Positions 42,007-56,165 are shown, counted from the stretch's first letter. The stretch is 64,000 nt of DNA from Octopus vulgaris (GCA_951406725.2 OX597830.1:32054001-32118000); one strand, 5' to 3'. A program made the numbers and translations. Notes: a model not told the origin generated them from the letters alone.

Positions 42007-43359
42007 AGAGAGAAGGAGATAGGGAGACAAATGATGTAAAAGAAAATGAAACAAAATATAAAAGAGACAAAAAATTGCTATAAAAAAAAATGATACATTT
42101 CTCATTTATTTTGATTTGTATTTTTATTTATATTTTTGATTTTGATATTTATTGTGAGTAGGTGTATGTAATCTGTGCACACATACATGTACATATATGT
42201 CTGAGTGTGTATGTGTATATATGTATATATACATATATATATAGATATATATATATATATATATAGATATAGATATAGAAATAGATATATATATAATATA
42301 TAATATATATATACAGGGTGCGAGGGTAAATTCTTGCCCTTTTATATTTTTTATTTCACACATGTGCATTCTTTGTTTTTGATTTTATTGACTACACAGT
42401 ATAGTAGGGCCAGTGGGCCAGTTGGAAGATGGATGTGTTGGTCTCATCTCATCAACTAATTGACTATCTGCATGCCATAGGACAGCTGAATCAAGGCTGA
42501 CCAATTGGTCATGCAAAATCAACAATAAATCACTGTGGGAGTCATCTATATCAGTGGTTTATATGGCCCTTTGGGGTTTGTATAAGGTTTTGGGGTTGAA
42601 ATTTACGTGCAATAAACTGGTTATACTTCTATGATACACAAAATGTCTTTAACACATTTTCATACAAGATTTTGGGGAGGAGGCCAGTCGATTAGATTGA
42701 CCCCAGTATGCAACTGGTACTTAATTTATCGACCCTGAAAGGATGAAAGGTAAAGTCAACCTCGGTGGAATTTGAATTCCAGTTCATAACAAATTATAAA
42801 AATATAGGATATTTTAAACTTCAAATGATTATGAGGGTCCCTCACCTTAGTAAAATAGGAACGAAAGGGGTTCATGAATGAAAATGGTTGAGAACCACTA
42901 ATCTATGTAGTCATTTGGACTATTAGAAATAGCAGTCAGTTTTTCCTGAAATCGTACCTTGCATTAGTTCAAAATAAAGGACAAGCTGATAATGGCTGAA
43001 TTGCCTTTAATCCTTTATCGAAATCTCTAAGCTACAAGATAAATTCATAATCAATTCAAAACAATGTGAATAAATAAGCATTGCATTTAATAGAATAATC
43101 TGAACACTAAGCGGTTCGGCAAAAGAGACCAATAGAATAAGTACTGGGCTTACAAAAGAATAAGTCCCAGGGTCGAGTTGCTCGATTAAAGGCGGTGCTC
43201 CAGCATGGCCGCAGTCAAATGACTGAAACAACTAACAGAGTAACTAAAAGCATTGAATTGGCCATATCTAGCCCAAATATTCTTCTTGCTTTATGCACAA
43301 ACTGGTCAAGATCTGGCCTCTTGCATCTACCACCACCGTCACAACAAATAATAAAAATA

Positions 43360-43600
43360 AATGCACCCTTTTAAAGCCTAGCCTGGCTCACAGGCCCGGT
43401 TTCCCGGTTTCTATGGCGTATGTGTTCCCCAGCTGGATGGGACGCCAGGGTTACTCATATTTGCCAGCTGAGTGAACTGGAGCAACATGAAATGAAGTGT
43501 CTTGCTCAAGGACACAACGTGTCACCCAGTCCAGGAATCGAAACCAAAATCTTACGATCATGATGCTAACACCCTAACCACTAAGCCACGTGCCTCCACA
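43360..43600 (-). mobile_element. SINE family C, full-length, nested in a P1 MITE
   Basis: Minus strand TGGAGGCACGTGGCTTAGTGGTTAGGG..GGTTTCGATTCCTGG with A/T tail; P1 pieces flank. Confidence 0.75.
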
Positions 43601-43889
43601 CCGTCACAACAACCATTCTAAAAAATAATCACATCATTGAAATCTTAAAGCTACAAGATAATACATGATTAATTCAAAGCAATGTGAATAAATAAGCATA
43701 ACATTTGACAGAATAATCTGCATGCTAAAGGAGTTAAGCCTAGGTCAGTTAGATTGAAGGTTACTTGGGGTCAAAGAACAGAAAGGAAGGCATCAATGAC
43801 AATTATTCCAAATAGTGAAAGAACAAGCAGACCTTGTACCACCAACTTTTCACTAAATAAATTCATATTAGGCACTGTGTGACTGTGTG

Positions 43890-44210
43890 ATTCCAGGTTC
43901 AGTCCCACTGTATGGCACTTTGAGAAAGTGTCTGTTACCAGTCTCAGGCCGACCAAAGCCTTGTGAGTGGATTTGGTCTACTGATACTGAAAGAAGGCCA
44001 TTGTGTGTGTGTGTGTGTGTGTCTTTGTGGTGGTGATTGTCCCCACTACCACTTGAGAACTGGTGTTGGTTTCTTTACATCCCCATGACTTAGCAGTTTG
44101 GCAAAGGAGACCAATAGAATAAGTACCAGGTTTTGAAAAAAAATAAAGAAATTCAAAGCAGTGCTCCAGCATGGTCGTAGTCTAATGACTGGAACAAGTG
44201 AAAAGATAAA
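43890..44210 (+). mobile_element. SINE family B, diverged
   Basis: Similarity to the family B sequence. Confidence 0.7.
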
Positions 44211-44689
44211 AAGTTGAAAAAAATTAGATTAAAAAAAAGGAAAAAACAATAATAACAAAGATGCAAAAAGTTAATGAATTAACATAAAAATATACCAAAG
44301 AAATAAAACAAACAACAACATAAAGATAAGAATAACAACAACAACAACAACAACAACAATTAAGAGAACAAAAGTAAAAACGAGAAACATGTGAAGATCT
44401 TTAAAATACCTTCAATGGTTACTAGGCAACGAGATCCAAAATCTTATCAGCCACATCATTTATCACTTTATATCAGAGTAATGGTGTTGTGGTTGTTGTT
44501 GTTGTTGTTGTTGCTGGCAGTAGGGGTAGTGGTAGTGGTGGTGGAAGCAGTGATGATGATGATGGTGGTGGTTGTGGGGGGAGGTGATGGGTTGCTTCCT
44601 GAGGCTTGTGATGGTGAGGTGCTGGTTGTTGTTGCTGCTGCTGTTGTTGTTGTTGCTGCTGTCGGTGTTGTTGCTGCTGTTGCTGTAGT

Positions 44690-45490
44690 TAGCCTTAGGT
44701 CAGCCCTAAATGAGAAAACCTATGACCAAAGACATTCCAGCTGTGACAATCCCCTCTTTTACCAATATGCAGGAAACCCAGAACCACATTTATTCAATAT
44801 GTTCTTTTTAAAACATAAAACATTGGTCATGATTTGATATGGAGATCTGACTGCTGTTTCTTGCAAATCAAGTAACCACATAAAGGCTTTCTCATCTCGT
44901 GGTCATACTGTTGCTTTGTGATCATAACAGTGGTGATGTGGTGATGTTGATGCTGATGTTGTTATTGCTATGACTTGTGGTGGTTTGAAATTAGACTGTT
45001 GAAAGAGTAGGTAACACTGAAGGTGGTACTGGTAGTGGTTGTTGTTACTGTTGTTGCTGCGATGGTGGTTGTTGTGACGGTGGTGGTGGTGGTTGTTGTG
45101 ACGGTAGTGGTAGTTGCTGTGATGGTGGTGGTGGTGGTTGTTGTGGTTGTGATGGTGGTGGTGGTTGTAGTGGTGGTGGTGATTGTGGAGATGGTTGTGG
45201 TGGTGATGAGTGTTGGGTGTAGTGATGATTTTAGTGATGGTGGTGGTGGTTATGGTATGGTCATTGTGGTGGTGGTAGTGATGGCTGTGGTGGTTGTGGT
45301 GGTCTAAATCTGCTAGAAATAGCAACTAAATCTCCCTCAAACCATAGCCACTTGTCTTTAAAAAAAGAAAACCACACATTTGACAGCATCATTCTAGACA
45401 CAATACGTCTGAAATTAAAATGAGATGGTCTTTTAAAGAATGCCTTTTGGTCATAGGTCAACTTGTTCAAGTAGAGCTGACCCCTAAAAG
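44690..45490. mobile_element. Inverted pair of a further SINE/LINE-tail family around a (GGT/GTT)n block
   Basis: About 44690-44900 (ACCTATGACCAAAGACATTCC..GAGATCTGACTGCTGTTTCT) is reverse-complementary to about 45305-45490 (AGAAATAGCAACTAAATCTCC..AATGCCTTTTGGTCATAGGT). Confidence 0.6.
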
Positions 45491-46196
45491 TTGATGTTGG
45501 CTAAATAACAACAACAACAACAACAAGAAGTCTGAGGAACAAGCTTGTGTGTTTAGCAAAAACACTCTCTCCATAAGAAAAACAAGCTTGAATATACAAA
45601 CATGTACACAGACAGACACACACACACAGATAGACAGACACACACACACTCACATTTATTCACAAGAACACACTCATATAGATGCATACACCGAAAATTA
45701 ATCATAGATAATAAACAAATACAAAATTTCCCAGGATGCCATACAAATATCTGTTTTCAGAACTATTCCTCTCTCAATGCTCAATTTGACTGACAATCAA
45801 ACATCAGGTGTGAATATTCGGATAATTATTTTATTATTAATGTCGGTTACAGGTTTGTATTTTGTAGTGTTGTAACGATTTCTCGAAGAAAGTAATTTAA
45901 TTTTATGACACTGAGCTCCTTGTTGAATCTTATTTTTTTTTTACTTCTTTCTTCTTCTTCTTACAGTTCACATTTCATTTTCGGTGAGAAAAATTGAAAC
46001 AAATTAAATGAAAGGTAGCTTTATAAAATAAATATGGAAAAAAAAAAAAAATCATTTAAATTTCTTCATATTTTCAAATAAATGAGAAAGAAAGATGGGC
46101 TAGTATATAAGTATGTGTTGTATGTATGTGTATATGTGTGCATACGTCTAAACATTTCTATATGTATGTATATATATGTATTTATGTATGTATATT

Positions 46197-46241
<45 letters not shown>

Positions 46242-46358
46242 CTACACACACATATATATATATATATATATATGTATATGTATGTATGTATATATATGTA
46301 TGTATGTATATGTATGTATGTATATATATGTATGTATATGTATATATATGTATGTATA

Positions 46359-46401
<43 letters not shown>

Positions 46402-46633
46402 GTGTGTGTGCATAATATTATTAATGAAACAGAATATGATACTCTTATATCAGCCAACTCACCAATCAGTTTCGTACAGGAGTTAAGATATTACAGCAAT
46501 CATCAGACCAGGCTGAACAAAAACAAAGAAGTTGTATGTTGTAAGTTCTTTACCACTGGAAGAACGAGAGCATCACATTCACTCTGTTTAGTCTTATAAC
46601 AAGAATAAAAATTGAGAATGGAATCACCTAAGC

Positions 46634-46921
46634 CAGTGATTCCCAAAGTCGGCAGTATTGCTCCCTACCCTGGTGGAGGAAGAAAATTCCAAGGGGCTCA
46701 TTGAAGAAAAATTGGGTAATAATGGGGTAACGAATCATGTAAAAAAACAACAAAATAGTGGGTTCATTAGGTTATGTTTGTGAAATATAGTTGCTTCGAA
46801 TATGCTCGAGAAAGAGGTCTATGTTTGTGATGATTAGTTGGTGCGGGAGTGGGGGTGGGGGGCTAGGAATGTGGCCTGGGTGTCAAAGGGGCAGCAGCCT
46901 GAATAAATTTAGGAACCACTG
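46634..46921. mobile_element. hAT-Charlie-like MITE
   Basis: Termini CAGTGATTCCCAAA / TTTAGGAACCACTG; imperfect 8-bp TSD ACCTAAGC / ACCTAGAC. Confidence 0.65.
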
Positions 46922-47326
46922 ACCTAGACCAAAACCTTTTGAGTTGAATTACATTTTTTGGCTCATTGGAGTTATGTACTTTCTTGTACAAGTGGTGGCA
47001 TTCACTGAGGACCGGTTCAACTGGCTCTGACTAAAATGTTCATCACATCTTTCATGTATGCTGACCAGATTTGATGCTTGGCCCTAATATTCCTGTGGGT
47101 AAAGTAATGCTTCTGCCAGTGGCCAAAAAAATCCAGCTTGTATGTTTGTAAGTAAGTATGTATGTATATAAAATTATAATTAAGGGTATCTAAGAGATAC
47201 CACCATGCTAGATATTGCAGTCAAAACTTGACTCTAAAACCACACCAAATGTTCATACACCACCAGGAGAGAAGACAAAGAGACAAAATAAGCAAGCAAA
47301 AATAAATATATAAATTTATGTATGTA

Positions 47327-47377
<51 letters not shown>

Positions 47378-47504
47378 GTGTGTGTATCTGTGTGTGTTTG
47401 CCCCCACCCTCACCACTTCACAACTGGTGTTGGTGTGTTGCTTAACTTCATGTAACTTAACGGTTCGGCAAAAAGAACCAACAGAAATAATATCAGGCTT
47501 TAAA

Positions 47505-47543
<39 letters not shown>

Positions 47544-48045
47544 TACTGAGATCAATTCATTTGACTAAAAACTTTTGAAGGCGGTGCCCCAGTATGGCCG
47601 CAAGTCTAATGAGTGAAGCAAAGTAGAAGATTGGGATGGAAGCCATTGCTGTAGCCATCATTCATTGTTAGGGTGTAGGGGGTTCATGCTTGAACTTTCA
47701 GTGGGAATACATGTTCACATGTGGTCCCCAGTCACTTGTGTACATACTTCACGATAGTGTGATTTGTAGCAGTTTGTCTTGCCATAAATTGTTGACCGTT
47801 GCAGAGGATTCCCTAATCAAGTTGTGGTGTTGGTGGTTTTACGGACTGTGATGGAGCTATGTGGTGTTGGTGGAGGGGATCACAGATGAGGTAGACGGAA
47901 GTAAGGACTGCAGGGGCCTGTGACACAGGCACAGGGCATGCGTGGGCAGGAAGCACGTGTGGTCAGTTCGAGCAGAGACATCAGCGAGAAAAGACGTGTT
48001 TATTTTCGTGAGAGTGACAGCTAATTCTGCCGAGGTCAACATGTA

Positions 48046-48600
48046 ACAGCCATCTATTTAAAACTGTATACAGCTATGGTATGACCACACTTGGAATTCG
48101 CATCATCAGTTTGGAATCCCTATCTTGCTCAGAACATTGACCTCCTGGAATCTGTCCAGAGATGTGCAACCAAACGCATACCCTCCATCAGACACCTACC
48201 ATATTCTGAGCGCCTTGTTTCCCTGGGCATGGATTCACTGAAGCTCCGGCGTCTGGCGACGGACTTGGTAAACACCCACAAGGTTATCAACCACCTCACC
48301 AACAACAACACTGAACACCTTTTTGATCTCCATATGTCTAACACACGTGGACATGCCTACAAAGTCAGAAAACAACACAGCTCCCATGACTTTCGGAAAC
48401 ATTTTTTCACGCTCAGAGTTGCTGAAGCATGGAATAAACTGCCTGCGTCAGTTGTTGACTGCCATGACACTGCATCCTTTAAGGCCCTCATGCTTTCCGA
48501 AATCCGCCGAAACTACACCTGATTATATATACACTTTAGATGAGTTGTAGTGCACCTGAGCACTGTACACAATTATTATTATTATTATTATTTTATTATT
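48046..48600 (+). mobile_element. CR1-clade LINE 3' end (ORF2 C-terminus, 3' UTR, (ATT)n tail)
   Basis: LKLYTAMV*PHLEFASSVWNPY..LLESVQRCATKRIP..YSERL..L..SLKLRR..DL..TRGH.YK..FFTLRVAEAWNKLP; one in-frame stop; 5'-truncated. Confidence 0.9.
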
Positions 48601-49369
48601 TTGTATTTCTTTCTCCCGTTTGCTTCTTTTTCTGTTGTCCTTTTCCTCCGTCACTCTACACAAGACACTGCTGATTATTGGAGCAGATGTAGTCTGGGTT
48701 TGAAACAGATGGTACACATACCAGTTAACCCATATTTGAGACTCTAACAGAATAGACCTGGGAAAAATAGTGGTTAAGAGGGGGTTCTACCTTCCTCAGA
48801 ACTCTGGAACTCTCAATCCAGGACTCACCACTTTACGCAGTTTAAAGTTTTACCTAGGATATATTAGAGTTATACCCCTTGGATTGGGAAAATAAAAATG
48901 CCAATCATACTATGCAGAATTGTATGGTGGAGTTGAAGCCAGGGCAAAGGTGGGAAAAGTAGAGATGCTGGGTAAATGGAGTTTGAGGATCATGGTGAAG
49001 AGTTAGTTTTAACATTATGCGTGGTTATGTACATGTGTATGTGTATGTGTGCGTACATATGCAACAGTTGGGTGTGGCCAATTTTTTATTAATTCTTCAG
49101 ATTTCAAAAAGATGTTAAAAAAACTGATGGGGTTGCACCAATGCTTATATACATGGTGTGGTCAGCTAGTATTCTTGGACACGTTTATGCCCATGAGGGC
49201 AGGACTGGAAAGCTTCGTTCTTACAGCTAAGGTAAGTGCTCAAGTGAAAAGAGTTCTTTAGTATGATCCTTTTTCCAGTCAAGCAGAGATTCTGATTTCT
49301 ACTTCTGTTAAAATAAGGTTTACACTATCTTCATTTGATAGCATAATGTGCAACATGATATATACTTAA

Positions 49370-49400
<31 letters not shown>

Positions 49401-49923
49401 TACACATGCACATGTATATATTATTCAAAGACAAGAGAAGAGGAATTATGTAATCAACTTCAGTAGCTTACAGTTGTTTCTGTTGTATAAAGCATATGTT
49501 GAGTTCCAACAATTGATTATTAGTATCAATATTGTTTAAGAGAAATCGATAACTTAGATTGTGTACATTTGCTCAGGTGATCAAGGAGGGGTTTAATGAT
49601 CAATGAGAGAGAGAGAGAGAGAGAGGAATGATGTCAGAAGGATTTAGATGACAAGAGGGACAAAGGGACAAATAGTATAAGGTAAGTGGAAAGGTTATTT
49701 AGAGTTGAGTTGAGTAGGGAGTGATTAGCAATAAGCCAGGTGGACAAAGATAAGGGTGGGTTATGGGATAAGATAGAGATGAGAGGAATGGGTGGCAATA
49801 GAAGTGGCCTTTGGTGGGGTGTGTGACGACAAGTAGTAGAGAAGGGTAAAAGGGATAAAGGAGCTCTACTAAAGACAAAATGATCAAGGCATGAAGAGGG
49901 TCTGTTGCTGTTTTTCATACATC

Positions 49924-50200
49924 AGTCTAGTGATTGGATAAGAGTCTAGTGAACGGATAAGAGTCTAGTGAATGGATAAGAGTCTAGTGAATGGATAAGA
50001 GTCTAGTGATTGGATAAGAGTCTAGTGAATGGATAAGAGTCTAGTGAATGGATAAGAGTCTAGTGAATGGATAAGAGTCTAGTGATTGGATAAGAGTCTA
50101 GTGAATGGATAAGAGTCTAGTGAATGGATAAGAGTCTAGTGAATGGATAAGAGTCTAGTGATTGGATAAGAGTCTAGTGAATGGATAAGAGTCTAGTGAT
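49924..50200. repeat. 19-bp minisatellite, 14 units plus a partial
   Basis: Unit AGTCTAGTGA(A/T)TGGATAAG; no spacers. Confidence 0.95.
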
Positions 50201-50352
50201 ACATTAGTGGAATGTAAAGAGAATCTGAAGGTTGAGGCAGAGGAGGTGGACCAATACAAAGCTAGTAGAAGAACAAAGATGACCTCATGGAAGAGGAGAA
50301 ACAAGCAATAGTGTGATAGCGATAGTCAAAGAATTCGAATTCAAATTTGAAT

Positions 50353-50700
50353 TTACTGTAGAAAATGGTCTATGTCTGTAATGGTGAGTGGGGTACACGG
50401 GCAATAGGAACCAAGGGGGCAGCACCCTGAAAATGTTTTGGAACCACTGGTATTCTGCCCACTTGTCACCGTAGCAGTAGTATCGATATGAACTAACATT
50501 TTAAATTTGAAACTAAGCAAAGTTAGCTTCATTTTTGAAGGGAAGTTTAGAGAATAATCAGAGAGAAGTTGCATGAAGTTTGGATCAATTCGCAAATTAA
50601 ATAATTCAGCTGTTAATTTGTTAATGCTTAAAGAATGGTAAAGTCTGCTACAGGGAGAGAAAAGCTTAAAATTATCCAATGCATCAAAGTCAGCTAGATT
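50353..50700 (-). mobile_element. Highly degenerate non-LTR reverse transcriptase remnant
   Basis: KLTAELFNLRIDPNFMQLLSDY...SGCCPLGSYCP resembles LL.KL...GI.....WI.DYL...SGVPQGS. Confidence 0.4.
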
Positions 50701-51168
50701 TCCCCAAATGCTTAAAATATTAATATACAGAGAAAAAAAATTTTAATTTTTGGTCTTTTTTTCAGCTCATTTCCATATCAGGGTAAATAGTATGTTTGAT
50801 GTAAACAATTTAATTTTCTTAAACGTGTATATAAATGTATGTGTGTGTGTGTGTGTGTATGCCTCTGTGTGTGTGTATGTATATATATGTATATATGTAT
50901 ACATATAATGTGTATATGTATAGAGATGTATATATGCATACATATGTGTATGCATATACCATATATAATTTGTGCAATATATATAATACACCTATATATA
51001 TATTATATAATATATATAATACATCTTTACATATTATATAATAAATATAAGATATATAATTACATGTATATGTGTGTGTATATATATAAATATATATAGA
51101 TAGATGGATAGATAGATAGATATGTTTATGTGTGTGCGTATATATATATATATGTACACTCACACACA

Positions 51169-51209
<41 letters not shown>

Positions 51210-51930
51210 ATATATGAATTATTCAAATGTTAATAATCTTCTGACAAGAAAAAAAAACTACTAGATATTATAATTGCTTGCATGCAATAATGTTGTTCAA
51301 ATGTAAATAATCTTTAGAATTTACTGAAGCTTTCAATTTTGTCAGTTTTCTTCTTATAAAGGAATAGTATTGAAAGAATTAACAATCCACAAGAAGCATT
51401 CTGCAGCTAAAGAATTATTAGCAAAATGCTGAAAATCTTGCTTATTTATAAATTGCCTAAAAACATGTATTGAATTCTTCAGTTGTTTAAGTTTGGAAGT
51501 TTTGAAATAGTTCTTCATAATAAGATGGTCAAGTGTTGAAGTGGTCAAGTTAATGGACAACTGGGTAATGGATTATTAATTGCTGTATTTTGCAAGAGCT
51601 CAGGTTTCTCTTTGGGTATGATGCATAATTTTAAAAAAATTCTACAATCTATCTAAATACCGGGAAATGGTACCAGATGTTCTGGTAATTATTGTTGTTG
51701 TTGTTGTTATTCTTTGTGGTTCTGGTTTTGCTCCATATTGGTGAAAAAAATGGGATGGTCATGGCTGGAGTGCCTTAGATCTACTTGCTCAAGGCTAACA
51801 TCGAACTAAAAGTAAGAACAACCAACCATTCCATATGATCACCACCACCACCACCACCACCATAACAAACACTGCCATCCCCCTAATAATAATGCCTCCC
51901 CCCACACAATCTACCACCACCCTCTAGCAA

Positions 51931-51962
<32 letters not shown>

Positions 51963-51991
51963 CAAATGTATATGTACATATATATAAAATG

Positions 51992-52091
<100 letters not shown>

Positions 52092-52108
52092 TACATACAT
52101 ATATGCAC

Positions 52109-52143
<35 letters not shown>

Positions 52144-52174
52144 TACATATATGCATACATATACAAATGCACAT

Positions 52175-52211
<37 letters not shown>

Positions 52212-52591
52212 CATGTGTGTGTGTGTGTATACACAACACACATACACATGCACACACATATATACACAGCACACTGAAACTGCTTATAAACTGTTAGCAA
52301 CATTAAATGATAAACGTTTCATATTTTTCTCAATTTATGTCAGAAAATCTGAGATAAAATGCTAAAAAAACAACAACAACCTCACTTTTAAATACCACAT
52401 AAAACAGTTTTCTGATTGAAAACTTAACATTGGCAAAGAATGTCTTTTTCTTTCCAGGTTTCAAATTTTTTAATTGGGATTTTTTGATTTAATTATTTTT
52501 ACATAATTTTTTTCTTTCCTTTAATTTATTATTAATATTGTTGCTGTTGTTGTTGTTGTTGCAACTGTTGTTGTTATTATTATTATTATTG

Positions 52592-52635
<44 letters not shown>

Positions 52636-53150
52636 TTGCAAGCTGTTTTTGTTCTTGTTGATGGTGTTGTTACTGATGAATTTTTAAAAAATATTCAATA
52701 TTTTTTTCTCATTTAAATATATGTATATACATGCGCACACATAAGAATGTTTGCGTGTATACAAATATGGAAGTGTGTGTGCGCTTATGTGTGCTTATGT
52801 GTGCGTGCACACACATACATGCAACATACATGGTGGGTTTCATATAGTTTCTGTCTACCAAATTCATTCTCCAACACAGTGGTCAATGCTTGGCTACACT
52901 GAGAGGCACTTGTCCAAGATACTACACAATAAGAATGAACTGGAAATTACATGGCTGTGAAAGGAAATTCTTAAGCATAGTCATGCCTCCATCGATAATA
53001 TCTTTCCTCCAACAAATATGGAATGAAAACTTCTTGTGATAGCATAAAATTGTATAATTATCACTAACTACATAGTTATAATTAGCACAAGCGAAACCAG
53101 TTGACTATATAAATAATCTATTTCATAAATATATATATATACATATACAT

Positions 53151-53320
53151 ATATAACAAAATCAAAGTGGATGACAGATTTTTTGTAGTTCGAGTTCCTT
53201 TATCATGGGAATACAAAATTCATAAAAAATTCATTGAGATGTATTTTTTATGTATTTTGTATTCCCATGATAAAGGAATTTGACCTATGAAAATCTGTCA
53301 TCCACTTGATTTTTGCTATA
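53151..53320. repeat. 170-bp fold-back palindrome next to (TA)n
   Basis: AGTGGATGACAGATTTT..TTCCTTTATCATGGGAATACAAAA pairs with TTTTGTATTCCCATGATAAAGGAA..AAAATCTGTCATCCACT. Confidence 0.85.
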
Positions 53321-53499
53321 TTTTGCTCATATTTAGCACTAATTAGATGCACTGCAACAAAGGTTTTCCTTTTTCTTATTATTCTATATATATATATATT
53401 GTCCAACAAATTTTCTTTTTAAATTTTTGACTACATTTCACTGTGTGGAAAATTTTGTTTTATCATACTATTTAACATTATTCATGAATATATATGTAT

Positions 53500-53887
53500 T
53501 CAGGTTTCAGTCCATCCCCTCCTCACCGTAGTGGGGACACTGGCAATGGGTAGTGTCAGAGCTATGCCGTCAGGAACTTCGGTTCCTGATAGGGCCACCC
53601 AAGACGGATTGGTCTGATACCGAGTGGTATTAGAGCCACAACCCGGTAGACGGGGCTCTGGTGAAAATCCTCGGAGTGTCTGTTTCAGCAACCGGCAGCT
53701 CTTCGGTCATTCTGTCCCTGCGTCTGCGGATAATCTCTACATGTGGGATTGCTGGGGACCGCATGTGAAATCCACATATTCCCACGAAACTTCTTCCATC
53801 TTTTGCCTCGAGATGCCTCGAGGGTGATAGAAAAAGCCGACTCAACCAACCCAGGGTGAATGTCGCCACAAGTACAAGTAAGTAAGT
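53500..53887 (+). mobile_element. Bipartite non-autonomous RTE-type retroelement
   Basis: 5' part has RTE 5'UTR-like AGAGCTATGCCG..TAGGGCCACCCAAG; 3' end GTCGCCACAAGTACAAGTAAGTAAGT; possible TSD ATATATATGTAT at 53488-53499 and 53888-53899. Confidence 0.65.
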
Positions 53888-53974
53888 ATATATATGTATA
53901 TCTATCTGTCTGTCTGTCTAATTATCTCTCTATCTACCTACCTATATATATGTACATATATATATATATGCCCA

Positions 53975-54315
53975 TGCCCATGGCATGTAAAAAGCACCTA
54001 TCGAGTGTTAGACCTCACAGAGAGAATAACAAATGAGTGAGGCCTTTGGCGATATGCTGTACTTGAGAAGATCCATCAAGCCAAGTGAAATTGTAGTCGT
54101 GGCAGATACTGGTGTCACACAACTGGCACCTGTACTGGAGGCATGTAAAAGCACCCATTACACTCTCAGAGTGGTTGGTGTTAGGAAGAGCATCCAGCCA
54201 TAGAAACCTTACTGATTCAGACTAGAGTCTCGTGCAGCCCTCAGCTTACCAGCCCTGGTCAAACTGTCCAACCCATGCCAGCATGGACAACAGACATTAA
54301 ATGATGATGACGATT
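53975..54315 (+). mobile_element. SINE family D
   Basis: GGCATGTAAAAGCACC..TTAGGAAGAGCATCCAGCC..CCAACCCATGCCAGCATGGA..(GAT)n. Confidence 0.7.
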
Positions 54316-54319
54316 ATCA

Positions 54320-54360
<41 letters not shown>

Positions 54361-54361
54361 G

Positions 54362-54790
<429 letters not shown>

Positions 54791-55059
54791 TATATATGCA
54801 GGTATCAATATACAATTTTCTGTTGCAGACACTTGAAATGAATACAGAAGCTTATGATGATGTAGCAGTAATTAACTGGGGTATCATGTAAAGCCAGCAA
54901 AGCAAATAATATCTCTTTTTACATGAATTAACTTTCAGTATTTTGTGCACTAATGTGTTTTGGAGATTGAGGTTTCATGTCAGTACGTGAAGATACATTC
55001 AAGGAATTTCCATAAATGATTAGACTCTCACCATCCTCTGACATATTAGAAAAAGAAAA

Positions 55060-55300
55060 CCTCAAGTCATACTGACTCATAAGGGCTGGTTTCCCAGTCT
55101 CCATAGCATATATGTTCCCCACCTGGATAGGACACCAGTCTGTCACAGGGTAACTCATTTTTGCCAGCTGAGTGGACTGGAGCAATGTGAAATGAAGTGT
55201 TTTGCTCAAGAACACAACACGTCAACTGGTCCAGGAATTGAAACCACAATCTTATGATCATGAGTCCAACACCCTAACCACTAAGCCACATGTCTCCACC
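55060..55300 (-). mobile_element. SINE family C
   Basis: Similar to 43360-43600. Confidence 0.75.
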
Positions 55301-55769
55301 CTGACATATCAGGACATCCACTTCCTATTTTCTTTGTGTATAGAACTAATTTACTTAAATTTCTTCTTGGGTCCCCCATCACTGCCACCTTCGAATTCTT
55401 TGACTATCGCTATCTGACTATTGCTTGTTTCTCCTCTTCCATGGGGTCATCTTTGTTCTTCCACTAGCTTTGTATTGATCCATCTCGTCTGCCGCAACCT
55501 TCAGATTCTCTTTTCATTCCACTAATGTATCACTAGACTCCCAAATAAAACCTTACCTAATTAACCCTTTATTTTATTTGTTTGTCTTTTTACATACATT
55601 GCTCTGTTTTGGTCACCCCATTATCGCCCCATTTTTCTTCAACGTTGCCCCAGATCTTTCCACCACCTCCAGGAGGGCAGTACTGCCCACTTTGCGAACC
55701 ACTGATCTATACATTCTGAGTCTGAATACTGCTTTAGTCAACTTTGTCTTTTATCCTTTCAGGGTTGAT

Positions 55770-56165
55770 AAAATTTTGGGGGAGGGGGCCAGTCGATCAA
55801 ATCGACTCCAGAACGCATCTGGTACTTAATTTATCAATCCCAGAAGGATGAAAGGCAAAGTTGACCTCAGCAGAATTTGAACTCAAACAAAATACTGCTA
55901 AATATTTCACCTGGTGAACTAACGATTCTGCCATCTCACTGCCTTAATGATAATAATAATCTTTTCTACTCAAGGCACAAGGCCCGAAATTTTGGTGGAG
56001 GGGCCACTCAATTAGATCGACCTCAGTGTTTGACTGATACTTAATTTATCAACCCCGAAAGGATGAAAGGCAAAGTCAACGGCGGCCGAATTTGAACTCA
56101 GAACATAAAGACAGATGAAATACCACTAAGCATTTCTCCCAGCCTGCTAACGTTTCTGCCAGCTG
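55770..56165 (-). mobile_element. Two tandem family A SINEs
   Basis: GGATGAAAGGCAAAGT..AATTTGAACTCA occurs twice. Confidence 0.8.

Noticed and set aside
46460-46510. Further minus-strand hammerhead (CTGATGA...GAAAC)
   Set aside because: Stems I and II do not pair convincingly and there is no clear cleavage triplet.
49924-50200. CRISPR-like array
   Set aside because: Units are contiguous with no unique spacers, there are no cas genes, and the context is eukaryotic.
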